This document shows positions 10,144 to 20,637 of a DNA stretch of 64,000 bases, piece after piece; the first letter of the stretch is position 1; each line of letters opens with the position of its first letter. The stretch lies in contig OY769902.1 in NCBI GenBank assembly GCA_963669175.1, forward strand, positions 5,280,001 through 5,344,000, read 5' to 3'. The position numbers and the translations under genes were made by a program. The notes beneath the pieces were generated by a model. The model made no database searches and was not told the DNA's origin. It worked only from the letters and a program-made list of their open reading frames with translations. Source of the DNA: a bacterium. Its GTDB lineage: Bacteria; Electryoneota; Electryoneia; Electryoneales; Electryoneaceae.

Positions 10144-13100
10144 ATGAAGCGACAGCATGCAATAGCCCTTCTTTTCCTGATGATTTTTACTGCATCTCTA
10201 CAAGCGCAAGTAAGCTGGTGGGAACCGGAAGACGCAGAGCCGGGCGACCTGCTCACGATCTATTACGATGCCAGCCTGGGCACGGTTCCGGCCAACTCGG
10301 ACCACATCAACCTGCACTGGGGAATCAACGAGAACGGCGCCGGAAACTGGATCGAGCCACCGGAATCCATGTGGCCCAATGGAACAGTATCCTGGGGGGA
10401 TGGCGCTGCAGTGCAATCACCTCTTAATGCCGGTGATAATGATATCTGGTCTATTTCTATCCAGACCAACGACACTACGCGCACGCTGCATTATGTCACC
10501 ACTAACGGCAACGACTGGGACAGCAATGGCGGCAGCAACTGGAATATTATCCTGGAAACCCCGGAACCTACAGACAGTACGTGGCATACCTTTGTTTATG
10601 ACACGAGAAGTCAATACGCCACCTTTTCCACGGATGACATCAACTACATCGGTGTTGCTGGTGATTTTAATAACTGGAACGGTACCGCAAATCTTCTGAC
10701 AGTTGACGACAATGGTGTCTATTCGATTGACCTGCGAATCCCGGCTATCCCGACTTCGTACAAGTTTGTGGTAAACGGCAACAACTGGACCGCCGACCCC
10801 GACAATCCCTATACCGACGGCAGCGAATACGGCAACAGTTATCTCGAACTGGAAACCCGCGATACTCCCAGCTTCTGGCGCCTGCAACCAACAGACGGCA
10901 CCATTGTTCCCCCTGGCGGGTCGGTATCCATCGCCGGATTCGTTCACCCTGCCGATGTGGAAGGCACTATCGGCGAAACAGTAACCGTTTCCTTCCTCGG
11001 ACAGGACTACAACCTGACCATAGATGAATCCACAGGCGCTTTCGGCCCACAGGAAGTCACCATCGGCATGGGCATGACTGAAGGCGCCTATGAGGCTGAA
11101 TTTGAAGTGACTGATGGAAATAACGAATCCTATACCGCACGTACCCGAATCGGCATCTATGAAGGCAATGATGGCTTCCACGCGATTGATGCAATCGGTG
11201 ACAACAAGGGTCCGGGGTATTATACTGTTCCGGTCATTGGTCCAATGGAACCAAGCTTTGACTTGACTGAAGTACATATCTATGAATCCACTTACGGTGA
11301 TTCGATCAGGTTTGAAATCACGTATAACAGCGGCGATGATCATGAATTTGCCCGTACGTTGATCCAGATTTCATCTACCATAGCCGGGATGGAAGTTGAA
11401 CCATCGTACGCTCCCATCGAAGTAGCAACTCCAGAATGGAACGGTACAGGTGTTCAATTATTCATTTGTGAAACTGAATTAGCGGATTCATCGCATTCAG
11501 CCTGCAATCGAATTATTGTTGCCAATGATCCTTATACCATTGGAGCAGAAATCAGCTTTGACCATGAGTTTTTTAATGCCTACGGATTGCTGTTTTTTAC
11601 CGTTTCAGTAGCTGATCTGGAAGCGATCTTGGGATCATACAATACAGGTTGGTATTACTCTATCATGACGATGCGCGAGGGAGATGATGGAGAAGCTGGA
11701 ATATATGAAATTGGACCAAATTACGGCGGTTCTGCGGATGGCAGTTCGCCCGATGTCTACGATATCATGTTCACCGATGATCCGGCCACGCAATACCGTG
11801 TGCTGGACAACTATTCCTCGGATCGCATTGCCACCCTGGACAACTTGGGACGTGGCTTCACATTGATCAATCCGGAGGAGATTGGTCCCAACGTGGGCAG
11901 CGACGGCCCGGTCATGCGCTGGCTGGGACATGGCGCGCCGACAGTGCGTGAGCACTGGACCCTATGGGGCTATATCGGCTCAGATATTGAACAAAGCATT
12001 ACAGTCGTTCAAACATCGGATGAAGGCACCGTAGAACATACTGTTCAGGCCATGACCGACACCTTCTCCCTGGATGTTACTCTTGAACCGGGCGTCAACT
12101 CGTTCCAGGCCTATGTGGTCGCGGATGAGGACACTACCTGGTCCCCGGTGATGAACTGGGAACTGATCCGGGTGCTGGCGCCGTTTGCCGTGTTTGACAA
12201 CTACATAGACGGTGACCGGGTATACCTTGACGCTTCCTCGAGTTACGATCCTCAAAGCCAGGAAATAAGCTACCAATGGGTATCCGATCCGGACAACCCG
12301 GAAGAGATTGATGTCTGGAATAACGACAGCGATGTCGCATCCTTCGAGATTCCCACCATTTCAGGAGAATACTATTTCGACCTGACACTGACCGACCCGG
12401 ATGAAAATGTTACCCGTGCCCGAACCCTTGTCACCGTGTACCCTGATTCGGTACATCCCTTCACACTCAACGAATGTGCGGCATGGGTGGACAATGCTGT
12501 TGTCTACGAGATCTTTGTCCGTGCCTATGCGCAGGAAAATGTGCTGATGAGTATTGCCGATGACATGCAGCGTATCGCTGACCTCGGCGTAACTGCTGTC
12601 TGGCTCACCCCCATCTTCCCGGGACCAACCGCACACGGCTACGAGATCACCGATTATTACGGCATCGACAGCGATCTCGGGACCATGGCTGATTTTGATT
12701 ATCTCGTGGAACAGGCTCATGCTCATGGGCTTAAAGTGATCCTCGACCTGGTAATCAACCACAGTTCCATTCAACATCCCTTGATGCGGGACGCCATCGC
12801 TTATGGCGAATACAGCCCGTATTTCGACTGGTATGATCGTGACGTTCACGGAAACCACGAGTATTATTACGACTGGTATTCCCTGCCCAACTTCAATTTT
12901 GACAATCCGGATGTCTGGCATTACCTGGTGAAGATGTCGCTGTGGTGGGTTACGGAACATGATGTTGACGGCTATCGTTGTGATGTCGCCTGGGGTCCAA
13001 TGGAACGTAATGATGAGTTCTGGGTGGCATGGCGGGAAGCGCTGAAAACTGTGAAACCGGAAGTATTCCTCCTGGGTGAAGCCGGGGCAAGTGGGTTCAG

Positions 13101-14103
13101 CATCTTCGAAGATCGTTTTGACCTGGCCTATGACTGGAACCTGCACCATGAAGGCAGCGCCAGTTTCAGCAACATGTTCCCCGGACCGCCCAACCTGAAC
13201 AACCTGAACACGCTGATCACCAATTACGGCGTCGATTGGCCGGCATACAAGAACCCGTTCCGCTTCATGGAAAACCATGATGAGTCACGCTATATCTCGT
13301 ACAACACACCCAGCCAGACCAGGCTGGCAGCCCAACTTCTCCTGAGCATTCCCGGTGTGCCCATGATTTATGCCGGGCAGGAAATAGGTGTCTCCAGCCA
13401 GCGCGGTCAGATTCCCTGGGGAACAGATCCCGATGGTGTGAGCTGGCGCTACAGCAGCCTGCTGGCCGCAAGAAACCAGTTTGCCGCGCTACGTACCGGC
13501 AGTTATGAAATTCTGAACAACGATCAGAACAGCTTTGTCTATACTGTCGGACGTTATATCGAAGGTGAACCTATTGTGGTTTCCGCGATGAATTTCTTTA
13601 GTTCGTCACGTGTTCCAACGATCCAATTGCCCGTTGAAGAATGGGGGCTTGATCCGGATTCAACGTATTACCTGAGCGACGTTTTCGGTGGTCATGTATA
13701 CGAACGGACCGGAGCGAATCTGTCCACTATTATTACCAGCATCAGCAGTTACAGCGGGAAAATGTGGGTGATTGCCGACAGCGCTTACGATCTTGGCGTA
13801 TCGAGCACACCTGTGGATCTACCGCTTACCTGGTCGCTGGGACAGAACTACCCGAATCCGTTCAATCCATCCTGTTCGATCGAATTCACCATTCCCCAGG
13901 CATCAGATGTTCGCCTTGAAGTGTTCAATGTTCTGGGACAACGTGTGGCGATGTTGACCGATCAACATTTCACCGCAGGACAGCATTCGGTGATGTGGAA
14001 CGGTACCGCGGATAACGGGTTGCCGTTGGCATCCGGTATGTACTTCTACCGGATCAATGCGGGAACCTTCACAGCAACACGCAAGATGATGCTGATGAAG
14101 TAG
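10144..14103 (+). CDS. Multidomain GH13 alpha-amylase family enzyme (CBM modules, PKD-like domain, T9SS type A CTD)
   Basis: GH13 conserved regions DLVINH, DGYRCDVAW, LLGEA, FMENHDE and GVPMIYAGQE; VAGDFNNW..YKFVVNG CBM48-like module; QNYPNPFNP CTD. Confidence 0.92.
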   Translation: MKRQHAIALLFLMIFTASLQAQVSWWEPEDAEPGDLLTIYYDASLGTVPANSDHINLHWGINENGAGNWIEPPESMWPNGTVSWGDGAAVQSPLNAGDNDIWSISIQTNDTTRTLHYVTTNGNDWDSNGGSNWNIILETPEPTDSTWHTFVYDTRSQYATFSTDDINYIGVAGDFNNWNGTANLLTVDDNGVYSIDLRIPAIPTSYKFVVNGNNWTADPDNPYTDGSEYGNSYLELETRDTPSFWRLQPTDGTIVPPGGSVSIAGFVHPADVEGTIGETVTVSFLGQDYNLTIDESTGAFGPQEVTIGMGMTEGAYEAEFEVTDGNNESYTARTRIGIYEGNDGFHAIDAIGDNKGPGYYTVPVIGPMEPSFDLTEVHIYESTYGDSIRFEITYNSGDDHEFARTLIQISSTIAGMEVEPSYAPIEVATPEWNGTGVQLFICETELADSSHSACNRIIVANDPYTIGAEISFDHEFFNAYGLLFFTVSVADLEAILGSYNTGWYYSIMTMREGDDGEAGIYEIGPNYGGSADGSSPDVYDIMFTDDPATQYRVLDNYSSDRIATLDNLGRGFTLINPEEIGPNVGSDGPVMRWLGHGAPTVREHWTLWGYIGSDIEQSITVVQTSDEGTVEHTVQAMTDTFSLDVTLEPGVNSFQAYVVADEDTTWSPVMNWELIRVLAPFAVFDNYIDGDRVYLDASSSYDPQSQEISYQWVSDPDNPEEIDVWNNDSDVASFEIPTISGEYYFDLTLTDPDENVTRARTLVTVYPDSVHPFTLNECAAWVDNAVVYEIFVRAYAQENVLMSIADDMQRIADLGVTAVWLTPIFPGPTAHGYEITDYYGIDSDLGTMADFDYLVEQAHAHGLKVILDLVINHSSIQHPLMRDAIAYGEYSPYFDWYDRDVHGNHEYYYDWYSLPNFNFDNPDVWHYLVKMSLWWVTEHDVDGYRCDVAWGPMERNDEFWVAWREALKTVKPEVFLLGEAGASGFSIFEDRFDLAYDWNLHHEGSASFSNMFPGPPNLNNLNTLITNYGVDWPAYKNPFRFMENHDESRYISYNTPSQTRLAAQLLLSIPGVPMIYAGQEIGVSSQRGQIPWGTDPDGVSWRYSSLLAARNQFAALRTGSYEILNNDQNSFVYTVGRYIEGEPIVVSAMNFFSSSRVPTIQLPVEEWGLDPDSTYYLSDVFGGHVYERTGANLSTIITSISSYSGKMWVIADSAYDLGVSSTPVDLPLTWSLGQNYPNPFNPSCSIEFTIPQASDVRLEVFNVLGQRVAMLTDQHFTAGQHSVMWNGTADNGLPLASGMYFYRINAGTFTATRKMMLMK

Positions 14104-14192
14104 GAAGTGAAAAAAGTAGACAGTGAAAAAGGTGAAAAAAGAGGTAGCGTAACCCGGCCACCTGTGCGTCAACCGACGGATGCCTGGCCGGG
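14104..14192 (+). repeat. Stop-codon-adjacent GAAGTGAAAAAAGTAGACAGTGAAAAA repeat plus CCCGGCCA...TGCCTGGCCGGG hairpin
   Basis: 14104-14141 matches the reverse complement of 49781-49818 at 37/38 nt; a shorter copy lies at 48321-48348 (minus strand). Confidence 0.85.
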
Positions 14193-14596
14193 AAGAAAAC
14201 GGGGACAGACTACAAAGTGTCGAAGATCGCGTGGCCCGGGTGCTTGCACCCGGGGATAAGTGTTTCCGGCCACCTACAACAGTGCTAGTGGACCGAAAGC
14301 AAGTAAAAAATATCTGAATGTATAGCCTATTATTAATTTCTCATTATTAACTGTTTACACGTGTGGCCCGATTTGCGGGTTGTGCTGGCAATACTTCGAA
14401 AATGTAAACAATAAACGAGATTGCAGATTCTGAATCATCATTAAGAGCAAGTCGGGAATGCTACTACAAGAGGACAAACTCCCTTATCTGAATAAGAATA
14501 GACCACCGCCGGTCAGCCGCCTGCGCTACGCTTCGGCTTGCTTCAAACCGGCGGGGCCAAAAGAGTGTTAAGCAAAACCGTTTTAAGGGGGAAAGC

Positions 14597-17500
14597 ATGC
14601 GCAACCCGGGAGGGGATTTGCGGTTTGTAGCTTTGTTCACGTTGATCATGATGGCGTTTTCTATTCATACCGGCTCGGCAGCCGAAGACGATCTATCCTA
14701 TGACCTCAACTACCTGGACCAGATGGGCATCACCATGGAACCCGGTTCAGGACGCCCTTACATCTATTCCGGGCGCGGTTCCTCCTTTTTTTACGGTTCT
14801 ACCCGCACCTTCACCGAAGAAGGGTGGATGGGTTTCCACTGGGACCGTCGCAAGCTCTGGGACGACTGGATGGTCGTGGTTGATGGCGATCCGTTGGACC
14901 GAAACCTCGCCACAGTGACAGTCTACCCGCACCAAGTCGTGTTCAACTGGCCCGAGGGGCATGAACTGAGCATCCGTCTGCTCGGCGTGAAACGTGATGA
15001 CCTGCAATTCGTCTTCTCCACCCCGAAAGTGGACGTCGAATGCAACCTGTTCCTCATGTTCCCGCAGGGTTCGGATATCCCCGAAGCAAAGCGTGAAAAA
15101 CCTCTCCGTTTCCTGCCTGTCATGGTACCAACCGGTGAGGATACGGTCGGTGTCGCTTTCGGCAGCAAGACCACGTTCTCCGTGCGACAGATTCAACCGG
15201 TGCGGAATTCCGCCCACGGTCCCGACAGTGGGCAACTGGCCGGAAAAACCATCTTTGGTATCGGCTTCCCGGTGAACCGTTTTGAGGCGACAGTCGTCTA
15301 CGGTCAAGACCCGCTCTACCTCGAACAACGTCTGACCGATCTGTACAACCACCTTGGCGTGGAATGGCAGAACCGTCAGCATTGGCTGCTGGACGAGATC
15401 AACCGTGCCGTGTTCAAATGCTCCGACGAACGTTTCACCCTTGCGGTAAACTGGGCCAAGGTTTCGCTTGCCAGGCTGTTCTTCGAGGATGAAAAGGGCG
15501 TTTTGCTCTGGGCGGGACTGCCCTGGTTCAACAACTGCTGGGGACGTGATACGTTCATTTCCCTTCCGGGGGCGTGCCTGGTGCTGGGCAAATACGATGA
15601 CGCCAAAGCGATCCTGCAACGTTTCGCCGAATGGCAGATGCGTAATCCCAACTCCCCTGACTACGGTAAAATACCCAACCTGGTCTCCGGCGGCGAGATC
15701 ATGTACAACACCGCTGACGGCACCCCCTGGTTTGTCCGTGAGGTGTTCGAATACGGCCTCTACAGCGGTGATACCGACCTGTGGCAAGCCTATCTGCAAC
15801 CGAACACAGGGGCGGTCTGGTTGGCCAATGAGGGCACCATCGCCCATCGTCTCGATCCGCTCGGGTTCGTGGTGCATGGCGACGCCGATACATGGATGGA
15901 CGCGAAGGGCATGGACGGAGCCTGGTCACCACGCGGGAATCGTGCGGTCGAAATCCAGGCGCTATGGATTACCCAGCTCGACGTATCCATCAAAATGGCC
16001 GAAGCTTTGGGTGAATCCAACCCGGTCCCCGCCGCCACGTTGGAACGCTGGAAGCAACAACTCGAACAATCTAAAACCAGTTTCCAGTCGGAGTTTGTCA
16101 AGCAGGATCCACCCGGCCTGTATGATCACCTGAACTCGGATGGCGCCCCGGACGACAAGATCCGCCCGAACCAGCTCTTCGCCATCAGCGCGGTGTCCGA
16201 TACCCTGCTCAGTGATGAGGTAGCGGAAGCGGTAGTCAACGAGGTGCGTGAACATTGCGTCTATCCCTGGGGTGTGGCCTCACTGGCGCAGAATGATCCC
16301 GACTTCCACCCCTACCACCAGACCTGGCATTATCCCAAAGACGAAGCCTATCACAACGGGATCGTGTGGACCTGGCTGGCGGGACCGTTCATCACAGCCG
16401 CGGGAGGTTCGTGGCCGCTGACCGAGCAAATGGCGACGCAAATCCTCGACTGGGGCGCGCCGGGCACACTGAGCGAAAACCTGGCTGCGGTACCACGTGA
16501 TGGCAATGATCATCCTTATTGCAGTGGAACTGTATCCCAGACCTGGTCGCTGGCGGAATTCATCCGAAACCTGTACCAGGATTACCTGGGGGTGCGGCCT
16601 AGCTTTACTGAGTACGAGTTGATCGAAAAAGAGAAGATTCCAAGATGGATTTTGAATCCTCATGTACCTATAGCTTGGAATTCTGCACAGGTGTTAGTTC
16701 CTGTCAAGGATGCTTTTTTAAAAGCATCCTGTCATCGAGTAGATCAGAAACCGGTTGGATCGGTATTCTATAAATATGTGAATACTAGCGGAATTGCTAT
16801 TGAGAAGTTGGTTTTGCCTGTCAGAGCAATTCCCATTAAACCCATAATTCCAATAGACATTGGCCTCAAAAATCAATGGATGATAACGCCTACGGACGGT
16901 AATTGGGTAATGTATGATATGGGTGGTGATGAGTTATACCCCGGTTCGACCGACTTCCCCGCTAGTCCCGCCAATGAGGATATGACTTTCCTCGAGCCTC
17001 ACATCGCGCCGGACCTGAAATCGCTTGCTCCACCGGACTGGTACCTGATGTCGCAGGATGAGGTGACGGTGCAGCCACGCGCCAGCATCCCGGTCTGTTC
17101 GGTGGTGGACGAGACCAACGATGATCATGGCGGTTCCGGTTACACCTATCCCAAGGCGGCGGTGTTCAAGCCGGGCATCCTTGACCTGACTGGGTTCGTA
17201 GTGCGTGAGGATGGCCTGCGTATCTATTTCGAGCTGGATTTCGCGGCTCTGGTCAATCCCGGCTGGCACAAGGAGTACGGCTTCCAGCTCACCTACGCCA
17301 CCATTTGCATCCATTCCGGGACCAAGGGCGAAAAGACCCGTACCGACGTAGGACGCAATTCTGGCTGGAAGCTGGACAAGGATTTTGCGGCGGATCGGTT
17401 CATCTATGTAGGCGGCCCGATTGACGTGGAAGATGCGTCAGGAAAAATGCTGGCGCAGTATGTCCCTCGTGACGCGTCAGGACGTATTGGCGATGTGGAC

Positions 17501-17722
17501 CGGGGAATCATACGCTTTGGCATTCCGAGGCGCTTCCTGCCGGGTGATCCGTCACAATGGAAAATAACCGTACTGGTCGGTGGGCAGGATGATCATGGCG
17601 GCGCGGGAACCGGGGAGTTCCGTTCGGTGGACAAGGAAGCGTCCGAGTGGATCGGTGGCGGTGGTGGACCGGATAAACACAATGTCTACGACTGGCTCAT
17701 GATCGACCCTTTACAGGAATGA
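14597..17722 (+). CDS. Amylo-alpha-1,6-glucosidase (GH133-like debranching enzyme) with C-terminal glucodextranase/DOMON-like domain, signal peptide
   Basis: WAGLPWF..WGRDTFISLPG, YNTADGTPWF, TWMDA, RAVEIQALW, IRPNQL, YHNGIVWTWL and QTWSLAE motifs; C-terminal DDHGGSGYTYP...LDL. Confidence 0.88.
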   Translation: MRNPGGDLRFVALFTLIMMAFSIHTGSAAEDDLSYDLNYLDQMGITMEPGSGRPYIYSGRGSSFFYGSTRTFTEEGWMGFHWDRRKLWDDWMVVVDGDPLDRNLATVTVYPHQVVFNWPEGHELSIRLLGVKRDDLQFVFSTPKVDVECNLFLMFPQGSDIPEAKREKPLRFLPVMVPTGEDTVGVAFGSKTTFSVRQIQPVRNSAHGPDSGQLAGKTIFGIGFPVNRFEATVVYGQDPLYLEQRLTDLYNHLGVEWQNRQHWLLDEINRAVFKCSDERFTLAVNWAKVSLARLFFEDEKGVLLWAGLPWFNNCWGRDTFISLPGACLVLGKYDDAKAILQRFAEWQMRNPNSPDYGKIPNLVSGGEIMYNTADGTPWFVREVFEYGLYSGDTDLWQAYLQPNTGAVWLANEGTIAHRLDPLGFVVHGDADTWMDAKGMDGAWSPRGNRAVEIQALWITQLDVSIKMAEALGESNPVPAATLERWKQQLEQSKTSFQSEFVKQDPPGLYDHLNSDGAPDDKIRPNQLFAISAVSDTLLSDEVAEAVVNEVREHCVYPWGVASLAQNDPDFHPYHQTWHYPKDEAYHNGIVWTWLAGPFITAAGGSWPLTEQMATQILDWGAPGTLSENLAAVPRDGNDHPYCSGTVSQTWSLAEFIRNLYQDYLGVRPSFTEYELIEKEKIPRWILNPHVPIAWNSAQVLVPVKDAFLKASCHRVDQKPVGSVFYKYVNTSGIAIEKLVLPVRAIPIKPIIPIDIGLKNQWMITPTDGNWVMYDMGGDELYPGSTDFPASPANEDMTFLEPHIAPDLKSLAPPDWYLMSQDEVTVQPRASIPVCSVVDETNDDHGGSGYTYPKAAVFKPGILDLTGFVVREDGLRIYFELDFAALVNPGWHKEYGFQLTYATICIHSGTKGEKTRTDVGRNSGWKLDKDFAADRFIYVGGPIDVEDASGKMLAQYVPRDASGRIGDVDRGIIRFGIPRRFLPGDPSQWKITVLVGGQDDHGGAGTGEFRSVDKEASEWIGGGGGPDKHNVYDWLMIDPLQE

Positions 17723-18381
17723 TTCACAAGATGTACAGGATGAACTGATAATTAACAGGATGATAGGATAGTAGGATTTCAAGGATGAAAGATATTAGGG
17801 TAAAGAAAGTAGAAAAGGTAAAGACAGCAACAAATTGACAGAACTCAAATGAAAGCTATATTTATTGACACAATTCCTAATTGCTAATTAATTGAAACTG
17901 ATTCCTAATTACTAATTTGAAAGTATTAATTCCTAATTTCTAATTCTTAATTACTATAGCGGTTATCGAAAGTTTCTGCTGATTGAATAGCCGTCAGCCT
18001 GCTTCAGCAGGCTCCTCTTAGCACCCGGCTTTAGCCGGGTGAAGGGAGATATTCGAAGATATGAGCGAGCTTTAGCGTGCTTGCATGTGGCAAAGAATAC
18101 AAATCAGGAAAGCAACCTGAAGGGCGCTCGATATGTTTGATTTCTGCTACCCCCGGCTGAAGCCGGGGGCTAAGAGGAGCAGGCTAAAGCCTGCTAAACT
18201 TACAAGTTGGTAGTGTGTTAGTGGTTTCCAGAGGATTACGATTCAAGATAGCTACTGCCGTGGAACTGTTGCATTGTTATAATCACTCAGCCCTATCAAC
18301 CTGAAACAGCAAGAACCTCCAAGAAGTACTATAATTAAAGAATTTATCCTTGATATCCTTCTATCCTATTATCCTGTGAGT
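17720..18381 (+). repeat. Junction cassette A (CAGGAT left arm / ATCCTG right arm) containing a REP-like doublet
   Basis: Left ACAGGATGATAGGATAGTAGGATTTCAAGGATGAA is complementary to right TTTATCCTTGATATCCTTCTATCCTATTATCCTGT; also (TTCCTAA)-type heptamers. Confidence 0.85.
17996..18195. repeat. REP/REPIN-like inverted doublet
   Basis: 17996-18041 AGCCTGCTTCAGCAGGCTCCTCTTAGCACCCGGCTTTAGCCGGGTG and inverted partner 18150-18195, each with two small hairpins. Confidence 0.75.
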
Positions 18382-18411
18382 CAAGTTGTTGAAAGTGAGA
18401 GGAATTCGGGA

Positions 18412-20637
18412 ATGCAGAGATCATTGTTTGGAATTCTTGTGTCTTTGTTGCTACTCGCGGGGTGCAGCAAAGCGCCGGTACCATACATGGACAACGGTGA
18501 GGTGGTATTCAGCTACCGTTCTGCGTCGGCGAAGACTGTCGCTTTGGCGGGAGCGTTCAACGGCTGGTCGGACAGCGCCACACCCATGACTCGCAACGAT
18601 ACCGGTCTCTGGACCGCACGTGTCGGGCTGTCGGTCGGCTACCATGAGTACCGTTTTGTGGTTGACGGCAACTGGATCGCCGACCCTGTCAATCCGGCGA
18701 CCGTGATCAACAACTACGGCGAGCCGAACAGCGTTCTCTATGTCACCCCCACCGCGACCGTCGAGCTGAAAGCCCCGAAAACCGGATCGGACGGCCTGGT
18801 CGAGATGCCCGGCGGAGAAGGTTTCCTCTATGTCAACCTGATCTGGCACCAGCATCAGCCCAACTATTACGACGCCGAAAAGGATCAGCTTATCGCGCCG
18901 TGGGTACGCACCCATACCACCAAGGATTATTACGACATGACCGCGATGCTGAAAGAGCATCCGGATATCCATGTGACCGTGAACCTGACCCCGGTTCTGA
19001 TTGAACAGATTGACCTCTACACCGACCGCCTGGGTGAGTTTTATTCCAGCAAACGTAAACGCCTTGACGCCGACAAATTCCTCGCGAAATACAAGGGCCA
19101 CACCGACCCCTGGATTGACCTGATGTTAACCGATACGGAGGAGTTCGGCCCGGAAGAGGATCAGTACCTGGCACGTAACGAGTGGTCCTGCTTCAGTGTG
19201 GCCCGCACCATCATGAACCGTTTCCCGGAATATGTGGCGTTACGGGAAAAAGACCCCGAAGATTTTACCGTGCAGGACAAGCGTGACCTGAAATGTTTCT
19301 TCTGGCTGGCGCTCTTCGACCCGGATTTCCTGCGTGGCCCGGTGCAGTTGTCGGAAAGCACCACGGTGGATTTGAGCGATTTGGTCACCGAGGGGCCGGG
19401 GGAAAGCTGGACTGTGGGACGTCACTTCTCTGAAGATGATGCGCTTCGACTGGTGTCGGACTTCTACCTGATCGCCTATCGTTTGAAATACCTCCACAAG
19501 GAGATGATGTACAACCCGGCCAGGCATACCGGTCAGGTTGAGATGATTACCACACCCTTCGCGCACCCGATTCTGCCGTTGATCTATGACCTGCACGCCG
19601 GGAAAAGCCCGAACGACCAGGCTCCGGACAGTGTACAGTTCTCCCGGCCGCATGACGCGCAGTGGCATGTCACCCAGGCCAACCAGAACTATTTCGACTG
19701 GTACGGCACCTATCCCAGGGGGATGTGGCCTGCCGAGGGTTCGGTTTCCGCGGATGTGCTCAAGTTGTTTACCCATGCGAATATAGAATGGATTGCTACC
19801 GGCGATGGCGTATTAGCCAAGTCGTTGCCGGAAGGGTTAAAGGCCACTACCCCGTACAAGTTGAAAGACGGTGAAGGCGGTGAAATCGCGATCTTCTTCC
19901 GTGATACCCATCTGTCCGACCTGATCGGGTTCCGTTACCAGCGCTGGAGCCCGGAGCAGGCCTCGGAAGACCTGATTCGTCAGATTCTGGCCCGCGCCCC
20001 GGAAGCGAAAACTGATACGGCCTGCATCACCATCCTGCTGGATGGCGAAAACGCCTGGGAATGGTACGAGCAGGACGCTGACGCTAAGCAGTTCCTGAAC
20101 CAGGTATACACCAAGCTGGCGGAAAAGCAGAACGAAGGACGTCTACTAACGGTCACCCCCATCGAATACCTTGAAGGCAACCCGGAGCGTGGGGTTCCTC
20201 CCCACCCAATTGCGAATCTTCCCGAAATTGAATCCCTCTGGCCGGGATCGTGGATTTATGGGGATTTCAGTACGTGGGTAGGGGAAGATGAAGAGAATCG
20301 TGCCTGGTGGTGGCTAAACAAGGTGCGCCAGGATTACGCTGCCGCGACTGAAGGCTTGTCCCGACAGGAAGAACTGGCCCATGATGACGCCCTGCGGGCG
20401 GCGTGGGCCGCCATGGCCGCAGCGGAAGGGTCCGACTGGTTCTGGTGGTATGGCACCGATCAGAACACCGGGGAAGGGGATTCGCGTTGGGATCAGCTTT
20501 ATCGCGCGCATCTTGAAAGTGTTTATCGTATCTTGCAGGACGATGGCATCGAGATTGAAATGCCCGAGATACCGTCACTTATGGATACCGGGTCTGACGC
20601 GAGTAGTGAAGGCGGGGCGATGGCCCGCGGGGAGTAG
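18412..20637 (+). CDS. GH57 amylopullulanase-like lipoprotein with N-terminal CBM48/AMPK-type domain
   Basis: Lipobox LLAGC; LAGAFNGW..YRFVVDGNW; GH57 motifs WHQHQP, TTPFAHPILP, GMWPAEG, LDGENAWE and AEGSDWFWW. Confidence 0.9.
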   Translation: MQRSLFGILVSLLLLAGCSKAPVPYMDNGEVVFSYRSASAKTVALAGAFNGWSDSATPMTRNDTGLWTARVGLSVGYHEYRFVVDGNWIADPVNPATVINNYGEPNSVLYVTPTATVELKAPKTGSDGLVEMPGGEGFLYVNLIWHQHQPNYYDAEKDQLIAPWVRTHTTKDYYDMTAMLKEHPDIHVTVNLTPVLIEQIDLYTDRLGEFYSSKRKRLDADKFLAKYKGHTDPWIDLMLTDTEEFGPEEDQYLARNEWSCFSVARTIMNRFPEYVALREKDPEDFTVQDKRDLKCFFWLALFDPDFLRGPVQLSESTTVDLSDLVTEGPGESWTVGRHFSEDDALRLVSDFYLIAYRLKYLHKEMMYNPARHTGQVEMITTPFAHPILPLIYDLHAGKSPNDQAPDSVQFSRPHDAQWHVTQANQNYFDWYGTYPRGMWPAEGSVSADVLKLFTHANIEWIATGDGVLAKSLPEGLKATTPYKLKDGEGGEIAIFFRDTHLSDLIGFRYQRWSPEQASEDLIRQILARAPEAKTDTACITILLDGENAWEWYEQDADAKQFLNQVYTKLAEKQNEGRLLTVTPIEYLEGNPERGVPPHPIANLPEIESLWPGSWIYGDFSTWVGEDEENRAWWWLNKVRQDYAAATEGLSRQEELAHDDALRAAWAAMAAAEGSDWFWWYGTDQNTGEGDSRWDQLYRAHLESVYRILQDDGIEIEMPEIPSLMDTGSDASSEGGAMARGE

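Noticed and set aside
566-16255. Long antisense ORFs (e.g. 566-1312, 1613-2449, 10417-11343, 12361-13278, 14747-15877)
   Set aside because: They shadow well-supported plus-strand genes and have no recognisable motifs; such ORFs are expected from codon bias.
16600-16935. Diversity-generating retroelement variable region
   Set aside because: No template repeat or reverse transcriptase is seen in the window.
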